In this document: positions 12,068-25,150 of the stretch, one piece after another
Layout: each line of letters opens with the position of its first letter
Position numbering within the stretch: position 1 is the first letter of the stretch
From: Octopus vulgaris
Taxonomy: Eukaryota
DNA length: 64,000 bases
Direction: 5' to 3'
Assembly: GCA_951406725.2 (NCBI GenBank)
Contig: OX597827.1
Coordinates: forward strand, 68,324,001 to 68,388,000
Made by a program: the position numbers and the translations under genes
The notes under the pieces: model-generated
The model's database searches: none
The model's input: the letters and a program-made list of their open reading frames with translations, nothing else
Told to the model about the DNA's origin: nothing

Positions 12068-15000
12068 ATTATTATTATTATTTTGTTGTTATACTAGAAT
12101 AAACGAGGCTTTCGAAGAACAACTGCCTCTCTGTCGTTTCCGTCGGTACCGCCTGCAAGAAGATCGCAGCTACCGCAGTAATTACCCCTAACACTGCCAT
12201 TACTATCATTAACATCCTCATCATCTTCAACCTGGCAGTCGCTTTACGAAAGAAGAAAAGCCACACTACATAAATATAAACCCAAAATAACAAATTAAAT
12301 TAAATAGACGAGGATCGTGTTTCTACCAGCATTGCTTCTGGCGCGTCAATCAAAGTGCCGCAAATTTTCTCGAGAAAGAAATGTAACGATAGTTCACATA
12401 TCTACATCTTAAATGACTTATAGATTTAGTATGTTCAGACGATCGACACCTCTCACTTGAAAAACGACGTCTATTTCATATGCGTAACAATAAACAACTC
12501 ATTTTTCTCCCCTCAGGAAAACCTAACTACAAGCAAGTAAGGGCTTTGAGAAAATGTTGATATATATATAAATAAAGCGCGAAGAAACGTAAATGCTGTT
12601 AGTTTGATGTAGCAAAAAGCCCTGTTTAAAATGTAAATACTTCCCTTCACCGAAAGTCTTCGGGACCCCATCAATATTTTGACTGGCTCTTTATTCAGGT
12701 GGTATTTGCTAGCAAGATCCACCAGTAATCGTCTTGAATTCTAGTTTATAACAGAATGGATGTTATTGCCAGGAATGTGACACAAACTAATCCAAAATTC
12801 TCTGGTTATGCCAACATGCTAATAAAGTTATTGATGTCTTTTCACTTGGCGCAAAGCCAATTTTTGCAGCAGAACATTACACATCGCTTGAATACATCCC
12901 AATACAATAAACGTAAATTATTGACCTTAGAAAAACAAAATGAAAGGTAAAGTTTGACCCCAACTTTATTTGAACTCAAAACGCCACGGGGCAAGACAAT
13001 ATGCTGTGGTACAGTATTTATTTCATTGCCATTTCTTGCAACTCGCCGTTCTGTAATTCTTTGTTGAATTTCTGATATGGTGAAAAGGAAGACATCGAAG
13101 TTTTCAGGGATCTTAATGTATTGTTAGGGCGCCTTTGGTATTGGTGTACAGGGTAATTTAGATTGGCGGGAACACTTCTACCACCAGATTGATGACTATC
13201 GGCGGACTTACAGGAGTCTGTCTCGAGGGTACAAGCAAATTAGCCCGGAGCAAATTAGCACCGTATTATATCACGGACGGAATTATAGTCGTTTTCAGAG
13301 TTAAACACTCATTTGTCACGGTAATCATTTTCAGATGGGTGGACTGAAAGAACGTTAAACGAAGTGCTTTGGTTAAAGACACAAATCGCTGTACGGTCCG
13401 AGAACCGAAACCTTAACCTTACAATCGTGATCTCAACATTCAAATCACAAAGCCAAGCACCTTTCACCGGTAACATTGAATCATAAATAAATCATATGAT
13501 CCATATATCCACATCTTCAAATGTCTCCTATAACTCTAAGGCATTTTCGGGTTCAATATATTATGATAAAAGAATTGCAGATTAGAAGGGATCCTCGACT
13601 AAGGGTCGCCCATCGGCTGCGTCGGTGCTCGACATGCACCGCGCGCTTCGCACCAGATAATGAACCACCGCTCGGCGATGGCCCGATCCATTCTTCTTAT
13701 TTTAGCTTCAATGTCAAATACCACACGAATTTCGTTCGATATTCTCACAAGAAGGAATGAACTCATGAGTCTTTAATAAGTTATTAATAAGTCCTTAATA
13801 AGTTATTAATGAATATAATCACATTATTTGCCAAAAATGATTGTTGAACATCGAACATTCAGGTGGGGAAGGTACCGCGGCATTCTGTAGATATATATGA
13901 AAACTAAACAACAGACACAAACACACATGAGCTACCTTGCATAGAATTTGTCTTTTCCTCTTTATTTTTCCCGCCTTTTCTTCTTTCCACTCTGCATCTG
14001 TATTCCAAAGAACTTACTCCAAACGTCATAATTAACTTTACCTGCGTTCCTTATATAGGTTTATCTGCTTCGAGCTCTACTGTTCAAAAAGAGAAAAAGA
14101 AGAATTATTTCACGTTCTCTCAAAGTTTATCAATTCTTACAACGTCAATAACACCCCCCCCACACACACACACACATATATATATAATTTTGAAATGTGA
14201 AAGAATACACTCCCCAACATTGCGAGCGAATGAATAAATAATTAGTTTCCAGTAAGTTCGACGTACTTTCATGAAATGTTATAACTCCCACCTACACACG
14301 CCTCCTCGCACATGCACAATTCCACAATAATACCAATTTACCTCCTGTTCTTGGTAAATGATATAAGCAACATAAGCACCAGTTTATCGAAGTGAAATGC
14401 CAGCAACAGGATACGAACTCTCTCTCTCTCTCTCTCTCACACTCTCCCTCTCCCATGCTTATTTTTGATTTTGTAAAATACGTTAAAAATACGTGTATCC
14501 GAAAAGCCTACACATCAAAATCAACTAAAACAAACGTTATATCCATGATGTATCATCGTTCGTAGCAAAACATGATGGCCCAACCACAAAGGAAGACTTC
14601 CTATATTCCCTTGACGTACATCATCGTCGATTTGCATAATAACATTACAAAGTAATTACGTATTCTGTCACAGGCAGGCAAAGTGGAATGACGTATCAAT
14701 TGCAACACCAAGGAATGGAAAACTGACGATGTCTGAATTCTTCGACAGTTTAAGTATAGAAATTGCTATCCAGGAATAGAAAGTTTTCATTACATGTTTT
14801 TTGCTGCTAGAAACATATCTGTACAGGTTTATAAACACACGCTACGAACTTAGACAAAGAAATGCACACAGAAACTTATAGATGAAATTGATGCCTGTTA
14901 TATTAAATCTAGCTGCTTAGGAATTGTACAATTGTACACGTATGTATATCAATTTGTCTGTGCATGTAATATATATATATATATATATGTATGTATATAT

Positions 15001-15183
15001 ATGTAGTTGAAATTTACAGAAAAACAAAAGACGAAGACAGGTGTATGAACAACAAGAAGATGTATTAGTTTGACGCTCGGGAAAGTGAAAGTCCTAGGGT
15101 CAATTTATTTCGACTAAAACCTGTCAAGGCGGTGCTCCAGCATGGCCGCAATCAAATGATTGAAACAAGAGTGGAATAATGAA

Positions 15184-15244
<61 letters not shown>

Positions 15245-15392
15245 TGTGTGTGTCACGTGATCGTCCAGACTATCGGATGGTATACATCACTGGTCACAAT
15301 GTACTTTGCATCGTTTTGGCTTCAGAATGATGCCACCCTGCTGGCTAGACAAACAAGCTAATATATACATATATGTGTGTGGGTGTGTGCAC

Positions 15393-15434
<42 letters not shown>

Positions 15435-15738
15435 CTTTTAATGCCGTAACAATGCAAATTATAAGAAATAATGCAAATCGGTGGTTTGCACTTTTACTTT
15501 TACGGTGGTTGTATTTCAATATTTAAAGAAATCTATGGGGAAACGGTGGTGTGAGTTAACTTCTATATTCCGTATCGTGTATATATATATATATACACAG
15601 GATTGTTTTTCCCATTAATTAGATTCGTCCTTTAATTTGGACGTTTCCAAAAAAAAGATTTCTAATATTGGTTCTTCATATTTTGCTGGTAGCTTACTGC
15701 CGTAAGTTTGCGAATATGAAAATAATACTTGCATATGA

Positions 15739-15945
15739 TGTGTTGTGAATTTATGGAAAGAAATGCCGTAAAACTCAACAATTGTGTTTAAAATGGAGAA
15801 AATAAGATGTTAAACTGTAAAAGAGAATATTATGAAAACATCGTCTGCATGAATTAAAATTCTCTTATATATTTTAACATCTTTTCTTCATATTAAACAA
15901 AATTGTTGAATTTTATAGGATTTCTTTCCACAAATTCACAACACA
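15739..15945. repeat. Imperfect long inverted repeat (~90 bp arms)
   Basis: tgtgttgtgaatttatggaaagaaat..aagatgttaaa..aagagaat versus attctctt..tttaacatctt..atttctttccacaaattcacaacaca. Confidence 0.85.
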
Positions 15946-15955
15946 AGTATGTATA

Positions 15956-16000
<45 letters not shown>

Positions 16001-16402
16001 AGAAAAATATGTAAAAACGCACAAGGGGTTGGTTGTTACTAAAATGAATTAAGTAACAACCAGCCCCACTAGAACAGAACAACAATCAATTCTTCTCTCC
16101 ACCCTTGAAATATATGTAAATAACCCCTAAAACTTGTGTATATATCTCACAAATCTGTATACATTAAGAATATCTGTCTAAAGACCCTAACAATACTTTG
16201 AAAGTAACTTGTAATTTTCAGATAAATTGATGGGTTAAATCCCAAACCAAATCACCTTCAGAAAAATTGAAGGGGTACATCCCTTTAGCTGCAAAAATTA
16301 TTGTCAACAACAATAATGGCTTCCCCATGATTTAACAAAAATTTTCTCTGTACTGAAATCTGACAGCCATCTAAGAGTTTTTGTTCATCTTGATGCTGAC
16401 AT

Positions 16403-16507
16403 AAGTTCCTTGTTTTTCCTGATGAGAAGGCGGCATAATGCACCCCTTATTCCTTCGAAATTAGGAATATGCAGCCTTCGAAACATATGTCGAGAATAAA
16501 GGAATTT
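16403..16507 (+). ncRNA. Type I hammerhead ribozyme, canonical core, Penelope-like (palindromic stem III)
   Basis: Stem I aagttcctt-gt-ttttc (16403-18) / gagaa-ta-aaggaattt (16492-507). Core CTGATGA at 16419-25. Stem II gaaggcggcata / tatgcagccttc (11 of 12 bp, G10.1-C11.1). GAAA at 16480-83, palindrome catatg, then a GUC triplet with predicted cleavage after C16491. Confidence 0.8.
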
Positions 16508-16690
16508 TGTTAAATCGTCGTTCAACTCCATTCTTTCATTTATTTGTAAAAAAAGCACACAAATTTCCACACGAAAGCACGTGATCTCTGCCCCTGGCAT
16601 GTAGCTTCAACCGTGTTTTTCTGACGTGAATTTGCTACCCAGGTATCGGTTAACCGAATTATCCATACTAAGATAATTCATTCAACTACT

Positions 16691-16752
<62 letters not shown>

Positions 16753-16759
16753 GCTTTAT

Positions 16760-17424
16760 CTGCTTCGTGATCAACTATTCTAAAAAAGAATTATTTTATG
16801 TTCTGTAAACCACCTAACACAACCCACATATGTATTTTATGAAACTGTCACATTTCTAATATAAATCAACTGCTGCAATCTGCCACGTTATCTGTAAAAA
16901 TACAGGGATTGACTATACGACTAACACATTTCGTATCTTCTTCCACGATGGCCCTAACTAAAGACAAGCCAGGACAAAGCAATACCTTATGTACATTGCT
17001 CAACTGCCCGATCTAAGATCAAAATACATTCCAGCTGTCCGATAATATATAAAAATCATCAGTAACAATTGTCCTGAATTCTATATCGGAAGCACCATCA
17101 GATTAGTACGCATGCGGGTTGAAGAACTCTATGCTAATACTTCTTCCGTCAAAACATACCACATCCAAGTTTGCATTGAATCTACAGAAAGAAACGTTGG
17201 GAAGCTGAGAATAAAGGAAACTATTTTAATTAAGATGTACAGGCCACGAATAAATAGCAGATGAGTGCTGCATGCAGGCAATTGGCTACTATTATGTGCA
17301 CACATATACACGCACAATAGAGAGCCTAGATGTCAGCTGTTATCACTTTTTCACCGAAGTTTTCCTAAGGAAGGAGTGCTGACCCGGATCTGTTCTAATA
17401 TTTAACTACTACATTTTATATTTG
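16760..17424 (+). mobile_element. Penelope-like retroelement remnant (GIY-YIG endonuclease, 17042-17264)
   Basis: With one frameshift it translates as IIYK/IISNNCPEFYIGSTIRLVRMRVEEL...NVGKLRIKETILIKMYRPRINSR*. This matches the PLE GIY-YIG pattern (IYK..C..CxxxYIGxT.R...R..E ... LRIKE..LI...RP.IN). Confidence 0.8.
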
Positions 17425-17802
17425 ATACTAGCAGTATCGCCCGGCGTTGCTTGGGTTTGTAAGGGAAATAACTATAAAGCAGTTTTAGAGAGTTATAGCC
17501 AAAAAATGGGAAAAAAAAATGATGGTAAATTTTTTTTTAGTTAAAAAGGTCGAGTTGCGTCCCCTAGACAGTCTGTGGTTTGTGTTTCTGATTCTCGACC
17601 CCATGTCGAATTTATCGATTTTTTTTCAGAACTGGGGGAACTTTTCAAAATTTTCGCTGCGTTAGTTTTGAATTATGACATTGGGCTATGTGTGTGTCAA
17701 GTTTCATCAGAATCGGTTGAAAGCCGTGGTCAGGGTGAGGGTACAACCTAACAGACACACAGAAACACACACAGACAAACTGCCGTTTATATATAGAGAG
17801 AT
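17425..17802 (+). mobile_element. Non-autonomous Helitron/Helentron-like element
   Basis: Starts atactag..cccggcgttgcttggg and ends acagac-repeat..tttatatatagagagat, with no TSD. Near-identical to 40216-40590. Confidence 0.7.
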
Positions 17803-18087
17803 TTTATATGTTAGACGTATAACATTACCTTCTAGCTTTCCTTATCAACTGACTATCCGAACTTTTTGTGACTATCTGTAATGTCTTATATTTCGCTATT
17901 TTGTATTTCAATTTTTACTATCGAAAATATTAACTCACTTCAAAGTATATCAAACAACCAGCGTTTCGACACAATGAGGTGCACCAGAATTTTCTTTGAG
18001 AAAACACGTATTTTCATTTTTTAAAAAATAACTGGTCAAGTTTAAACAATATATCGTACTTGAAAGGACGGCGTTTTACGTGTAAGG

Positions 18088-18142
<55 letters not shown>

Positions 18143-18172
18143 TATAAAGGGAGCTTTATTATTTTGACAGCA

Positions 18173-18223
18173 AGCTTCCTGATGATTTCATTTGAATGAA
18201 ACAGTTCTAGTCCTGTAGAAGCT
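18173..18223 (+). ncRNA. Type I hammerhead ribozyme within a ~165 bp element flanked by (TA)n on both sides
   Basis: agcttc-CTGATGA-tttc-attt-gaat-GAAA-cag-ttctagtc-ctg-TA-gaagct. Stem I is a perfect 6 bp, stem III is 4 bp, and the GUA triplet puts cleavage after A18217. Stem II is short, with a U-U first pair. Confidence 0.72.
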
Positions 18224-18303
18224 CCTTCTATAAAATAAATTAATTTACTCTGCTATGTATTGAGTACCTTATTTACTGTGGTTAACCCCGACTCAACCCG
18301 GGA

Positions 18304-18360
<57 letters not shown>

Positions 18361-18752
18361 TGGGTACAACAGACATAAATGACATGTATTTTTACTCAAG
18401 TTTTGCAGAAGTGGTATATATAATGGCCAAACGATCGATTTAGCACTAGCCTCACATCTCTAAGACCTCTGAAATGCCGTATTAGATTTTCTTGTTCTTC
18501 AGTTCACTGCTCTTTTGTTCAATAAATATTATCTATGAGAAATTCGTAGAAAGTTTGAAAAAGAAACCGTTATTTTGGAAGTTTACTATGTCCTGAAACT
18601 CTGTTAACCTGTATATAAACCATTCTGTGCTTTGATCGAAGGAAAAACTTCAAATTTTCCCATTTTGCCGACATTAGGTAAATTTTATTTTTATCATTTC
18701 TTGTAGATCATGCTATCATTAATTAAAAGAGTTACTAAATTCTCTGAAATAC

Positions 18753-18797
18753 TTTGCACCGAAGATGACACGCAATGTCGAAACAGCTGCTTGTAAA
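18753..18797 (+). ncRNA. Inactivated hammerhead relic
   Basis: tttgca-CCGAAGA-t-gaca-cgcaa-tgtc-GAAA-cagctg-CT-tgtaaa. All three stems are present, but U4>C and U16.1>C. Confidence 0.5.
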
Positions 18798-20616
18798 TAT
18801 AATAGGGATGAAATCCTTAAGCTGAAATTAAATAAAATATTAAATGTAATAACAGAAAAAAATGTATTCTAAATTACTTGACTAAGAGTATGGGAAAAAA
18901 ACGGAATATTCCTCTTGCTAAGAAAAACAAGAACACCCAAAACAAAATTAAACACACAGAAACACATCCATGGACTTTCGTAAACGCTGGAAAACATATG
19001 CACATATATATACTCATACCACGCCGATACACATATACATGCGTACACACACCTATGTTCATACTCACGCAAGCACATATATCTACCTACCTACATGTGT
19101 GTGTATGTATGTGTATGTGTGTGTGTGTGCTAATTAAATATATTCTTAACAAAAAAATTCTTGAAGGGGTTTATATTTTAGTCGCTGCCATATACGTCCC
19201 ACTTAGTTTGTTAAGTTAGTGGAATAATTGGTTTGAAACCCAAGTATTCACAGTTTGGTTTCCATTATTTTTTTTTTTCAGCTTTTTTCTACGAATAAAT
19301 AACCTGTGTAGTAGTCTGTATGTTTAGAAAACTTGTATTTCCAAACGCCGTCAAGCTAAAAAAAAAAAACCCACCGTCAACAAAATCATCAACTACAGGC
19401 AAATAGAACAACAACATTGCTAAAATAAAGTAGCTCGTTTCTTTTGAAAAACCCGAAAACAACTACAATTTTGTTTTCTCAATCTTAGGAGCAAAATATA
19501 TAGATAAATAAATACCAAGTCAGTTTAAATCTTCTATTTTAAATCGTCGCAGTGACTTGTTTATTGTTAGGTTCTTTTTAAGTTTTATGGGAGGTCATAG
19601 TGAAGTTACTCAGTTTTATGGGAGGTCATAATGAAGTTAGTCGTTTATTTTGTTCTATTCGAAGTTTCGGCTAGGAGCAGATTAGAAACGTAACTTGTAC
19701 GGTAAACTGATCACTGCACGTATCACAGCTGGATATCAGCGATCACTGCCGCATCCCTCGTAACGCTACGCTCTTAATAGACGTATAGATTTAGAATGGG
19801 ACACACAAAGACATCATTTATAGAGCTAGAATCGTTATCAGAGACATCCCACCTACTTCTGCTGTTAAGTGGTTTACTACCAGTAGAAATTGATCAACTT
19901 GGACCTACTATATCACCGAGACTCTCGGCCCTGAATAATTCAATTTAAGTTGTGTCGACTGGGGAAAGACGTGTTTAGTACTTCGATAAAATAAGATAAA
20001 GAATAAGAAAAAAAAATAGGGCGATCACGTAGTATTAATTAAGAGACACAGTTGTTAGTGATATTCTCTCCTTAAATCATCGGGATTTTTCGGTTTATAT
20101 CTTAATTAATAGACATGACGGTGGCTCAGTCAAAAAAAATATATATATATAGTGGTGGGACTCGAAATATATGTGAAGAAGTGATGGAGAGCTCGAGTAT
20201 TAAGTACGAAACTATATCACAGAACCTATGAAAAGATAAATGTTATAAGTGCCATGTTATTAGTAACCTATGCCCTTACATTTCGCTGGTTAATCGTAAT
20301 TGATTCAATATATATTACATATTTAGACTTTACTATATATATGTCAACACACATATATATGTGAATGAAAACGAAAACGATAGAGAATTTGGGAGAAAAT
20401 TTTAGGAGAATCGCAGTTAAGGGTGCTAGTCACATTTGTGTCAAACTTTCTTCTTCATCATCATCATCATCATCATCATCCTCTCTTCTTCTTCTTCTGG
20501 TCTTATCACCTCTCTCTTTCTCTGTGTCTTTCTTTCAAAATTGATATTGCAATTTCAGATACTAAATTATATACACCAGCACCGCCCTCACACACACACA
20601 AACACACAATAACGCA

Positions 20617-20649
<33 letters not shown>

Positions 20650-20844
20650 GTATGTGTATAAAACGGCAATCGTATATAGACCGTCAACGCCATCAAACTA
20701 AGCTTTGATATAGTACTTATCTACTATGTAGCAATTGTGGTGAGTAAACAATATTACTTCGGTCATATTTCATCATCCAGATACATAGAAAAGATCTATA
20801 CTGCAATGTCTAATTAAATCTGGAATGTAAAAGAGCACACCCAC

Positions 20845-20878
<34 letters not shown>

Positions 20879-21254
20879 TTTTTTATTGTGTTAAGTCATA
20901 AGTTTTGCAATATTTTTGGAAATCTTTGCTTTATTCGTCATGTTACAACAAAAGCAGCTCAGCATCTAAAGTAGAGACCAATAGAAGTGACAGAAAAGTG
21001 ACATCAGACGGTGCGACACGATGACCTCTACTTTATATTACTAAGTTCTTGGAGACACTATAACGGGTCATTAGCGTTGCTTGCCTTCTGACCAAACGAT
21101 GTGTGTCTACCAAACTTGACGAAAAGTTTCGAGCTAAACTATTACTACTAATTCTTCAATTCCCGACCACACACATACACATACGTCACACGCACACATC
21201 CCATACACACACATCACATACACACATCACGCAAAATCACACACCACCAATTTC

Positions 21255-21670
21255 TATTTCTTTACTATCCACAAGGGGCTAAACACAGAGAGGACAAACA
21301 AGGACACACGAACGGATTAAGTCGATTATATCGGCCCCAGTGCGTAACTGGCACTTAATTTATCGACCCCCGAAAGGATGAAAGGCAAAGTAAACCTCGG
21401 CAGAATTTGAACTCAGAACGTAACGGCAGACGAAATACCTATTTCTTTACTACCCACAAGGGGCTAAACACAGAGGGGACAAACAAGGACAGACAAACGG
21501 ATTAAGTCGATTACATCGATCCCAGTGTGTAACTGGTACTTAATTTATCGGCCCTGAAAAGATGAAAGGCAAAGTAAACCTCGGCAAAATTTGAACTCAG
21601 AACGTAACGGCAGACGAAATATCACTAGGCATTTCGCCCGGCGTGCTAACGTTTCTCCCAACTCGCCGCG
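21255..21670 (-). mobile_element. SINE family A dimer
   Basis: Junction gaaatac|ctatttcttt at about 21438. Flanking direct repeat cacaccacca. Confidence 0.88.
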
Positions 21671-22312
21671 CACACCACCACCACACACCAACACATGTCC
21701 ACACATAGGCCCTATCTATTGCTCCAATCGACTCCTTTTCGTTTTCTCAACTATTTCAACGTTCATTTTTACTCTACTTCCCCTCGTACCTTCACCATAG
21801 CCCTTAGACAACCACCCTCTTTCCCTTTACCCCCTCTCTCTCTCTCTCTCTCTCTCACTTGGACTCTCTCCCCTCCTTAGAGCATCCACAACGTTTCAAG
21901 TGATTCATAAAACATGAGTCAGCCTTACTTGTTGAGTCTGAGCCAAAATATTATATAAATAGAAAGGTTGCGGCTAAACTAAACGAGGATATGTTTATAG
22001 TTCGGAGAAGAAGTCTTCTCGTTCATACATTTGCATGGTTACCATAGAAATGGAACGCAACGCAGACATACGTTAACAAGCATAGAAGAATACACCGCTA
22101 CAGATATGCATCTACACACAAACATATATTTACATACAGACGTTTGTATGTAGGCATATAGGTTTATAGGTAGGTATGTGAGAGGTTAGTTGCATTCCGT
22201 ATTTAGATGAATTAGCAGAGAGACCGACACAATTATATATTTACAAAAAATACCTACAAAATAAATATTGACAATCACATCCATTACATACAAACACATA
22301 TAGACACGCATG

Positions 22313-22346
<34 letters not shown>

Positions 22347-22831
22347 CGTACATACGTCGTACACATTTTAATTACATTATAGAAATAGACCATGTTTTTT
22401 CTGGTACATGTGACGTGGTATACGCTTACATCCACACACACATACATTCCCATATAGTTGTATATTTTGATCCTGTTCCTAAAATAAGAGAATGTGATTG
22501 AGAAAGATCTTCGCGAAAACGAATGAAGTTAGTTATTTCTATCCCACAAACACCTCATGAGAACCCATCCACGAAACATGTATGTTTATGTAAATGCATA
22601 AACATCAATTAGATTCTCCCCTCTTACCCGCTCACACTACACACACTCACACAAAGTCGGACAGCTAACGTGAGAGGTTTATAGATAATGATATATAATG
22701 TACAAGGTAGGGCAGCTGTACTAGGACTCTGTCAATGCAAATACGAAGTGAAAATAGAAGCATGAAACTTCGTTTCTGTATCTGTTATAACATAATGTGT
22801 GTTTATTTTGCGTAACATAAGGAAAGATATT

Positions 22832-24056
22832 TCACTCAGTATGTCCACCATCAACACTTTCCATCGATTTAATATGCGTGCACGATGTCTTTGCCTTATG
22901 TTTGTAGGTAGAGTTGGATGTCTACCTTATGGCCATCTTCAACGTTGGGGCTTGTTCTCAACGATGCCTCACATCAAAGTATCACCGGAATCAGCTCTGG
23001 TGAAATAAATGGCAAAGCTTTCTTGGGAATAAATAGCATGCGTTTCATCTTCAAATAATCCTGCGCACACACTTTGAACCGTGCGCTGTGTAAGATTGGT
23101 TAAACGTAACTTCATTGAGATCATGATGTTTGCTAATCCACGGTTATCAGAACTTCGATAATAGACGTTCAAATATTCATTTGTAAAAGATGACGAGAAA
23201 CGAAACGGCATAACGTCCATTGCTTGCAATGGCTTCAAACAATCATTTGTAAAAGATGACGAGAAACGAAGCGGCATTACGCCTATTGCTTGCAATGGCC
23301 TCAAACAATACCTATTTCTTTACTACCCACAAGGGGCTAAACACAGAGGGGACTAACAAGGACAAACAAAAGGATCAAGTCGATTATATCGACCCCCAGT
23401 GCGTAACTGGTACTTAATTTATCGACCCCGAAAGGATGAAAGGCAAAGTCTACCTCGGCGGAATTTGAACTCAGAACGTAACGGCAGACGAAATACTGCT
23501 AAGCATTTCGCCCGGTGTGCTAACGATTCAGTCAGCTCGCCGCCCTTATGGCTTCAAACAATACCACCGAGACCGGCTTCTTGTTGTACTTGTAAACCTT
23601 AAAAACAAAAATCCTGCGATTGTGGTGATGGATGACCTGCTCAACTATAAAATTCTTTCATTGAATTCGGACTCTCGATGTCTCTTCCTCGTGCTTCAAG
23701 AAGTTGAGAAGTTTTGGAGCTCTTTTAAGTACAGCGGCATTAGGATGAGCTGTGAGACTTTCTCAACGTTTTACCGAAATCACATCTAATGGCTCTTCCT
23801 ATTCCTCTTCTGTTCACACAATGCTATAGACGAGCCGGGTCTTGCCTATGGATAAATTTACATTGTTTTAACATTGTCTTAAACGAATGGGACATATGAA
23901 AGTATGTTTGTAATCATCAGAGGCATTGTGAAAAGCTTTAAGCTTAATTCAATAAAGTGTGGTCTTTATCGCAGTCTGTATAGCAGCGATGTTATGAGTG
24001 AGAGAAGCCCTTGTGCTCATTTCAGCAATAGCATTTTGTCGCAGAAATTCGATCAT
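22832..24056 (-). mobile_element. Decayed Tc1/mariner-superfamily transposase (maT/DD37D-like)
   Basis: Ordered remnants across frameshifts: MIEFLRQNAIAE; KNFIVEQVIHHHNRRI (cf. DEKxFxVEQxxNxQNDR); KKPVSVVLFEAIASNG; LPFISPELIPV..M*GIVENK (cf. WPPxSPDLNPxDYxxWG); VDGGHTE*. Contains a 66 bp tandem duplication (~23177-23308) and a SINE insertion. Confidence 0.78.
23311..23545 (-). mobile_element. SINE family A
   Basis: Full copy. TSD atggc(c/t)tcaaacaatacc. Confidence 0.9.
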
Positions 24057-24239
24057 TTTAGTACGATCTGTCACAATTTGTAACCAAACCCTTAGAGCTA
24101 TTATCATAGACTCATAACATATGAAAAAATTAGCACTTACGTTGCACATCAAGATATAATATTCTGAAAAACGATTTTAATTTTACTACTGTCTCAGTAT
24201 GCATAAATACAAACACACAAACACACACACACATATATT

Positions 24240-24645
24240 CTTTATTCTTTTATTCTTGTACTTGTTTCATTCATGTGACTGCGGCCATGCGGGAGCACCG
24301 CCTTTACTCGAGCAAATCGACCCCACGACTTATTCTTTGAAAGCCTAGTACTTATTCAATCGGTCTCTTTTGCCGAACCGCTCAGTGACTGGGACGTAAA
24401 CACACCAGCATCGGTTGTCAAGCGATGTTGGTGGGGGGGGGGGGCAAACACAGACACACAAACACACACACACACATATATATATACGACGGGGTTCTTT
24501 CAGTCTCCGTCAATCAAATCCACCCACAAGGTTTTGGTCGACCCGAGGCTATAGTAGAAGACACTTGCCCAAGGTTCCACGCAGTGGGACTGAACCCAGA
24601 ACCATGTGGTTGGTAAGCAAGCTACTTACCAAACATCCACTCCTT
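24240..24645 (-). mobile_element. SINE family B
   Basis: Homologous to 7240-7709. Confidence 0.88.
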
Positions 24646-24751
24646 TGAAAAGCTTATGTTTCTGGTGTCCGTTCATTTACCGCAAACCACTTCTGTAATG
24701 CAAGTATTTGCAGAACAAAATATCACGTGATTTTGTTTGCTTTTTAATACT

Positions 24752-24829
<78 letters not shown>

Positions 24830-25118
24830 CACACACACACATATGCTCACATACACTGAAGAAACATTTCGAGCCTCGAGCGGGAATATTTATAAACAGT
24901 ATGCATTCTCTAGTAAAGAACGGCTTTCTATTTCTGCGTGGAAGAGTAGTATCCTGTGAAGAATAACAACAACAACAACAACATCAACGACAATAGTAAA
25001 CGGTGTCAATGAACTAAAAACAAAAAAAAATGTCACAACACAACAGTGGGTAATGTCGGCACCGGCGACGCCATTCACCAATACAACGAACAGATAATAC
25101 TACTACTACTACTACTAT

Positions 25119-25150
<32 letters not shown>

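Noticed and set aside
12517-12536. 20 bp micro-exon candidate (cctcAG..caa|GTAAGG)
   Set aside because: The splice signals are good, but there is no recognisable peptide or partner exons, and such a match is expected by chance in 64 kb.
18400-18445. Further hammerhead-like traces (also ~14003-14030, ~17960-17990 minus, ~48905-48935)
   Set aside because: Too many core or stem defects to support.
19581-19643. 31 bp tandem duplication
   Set aside because: Ordinary local duplication with only two units.
23399-23602. Recurrent ORFs MRNWYLIYRPRKDERQS.. and ..RRHLPKVPRSGTEP..
   Set aside because: They are incidental frames of SINE A and B copies, not a gene family.
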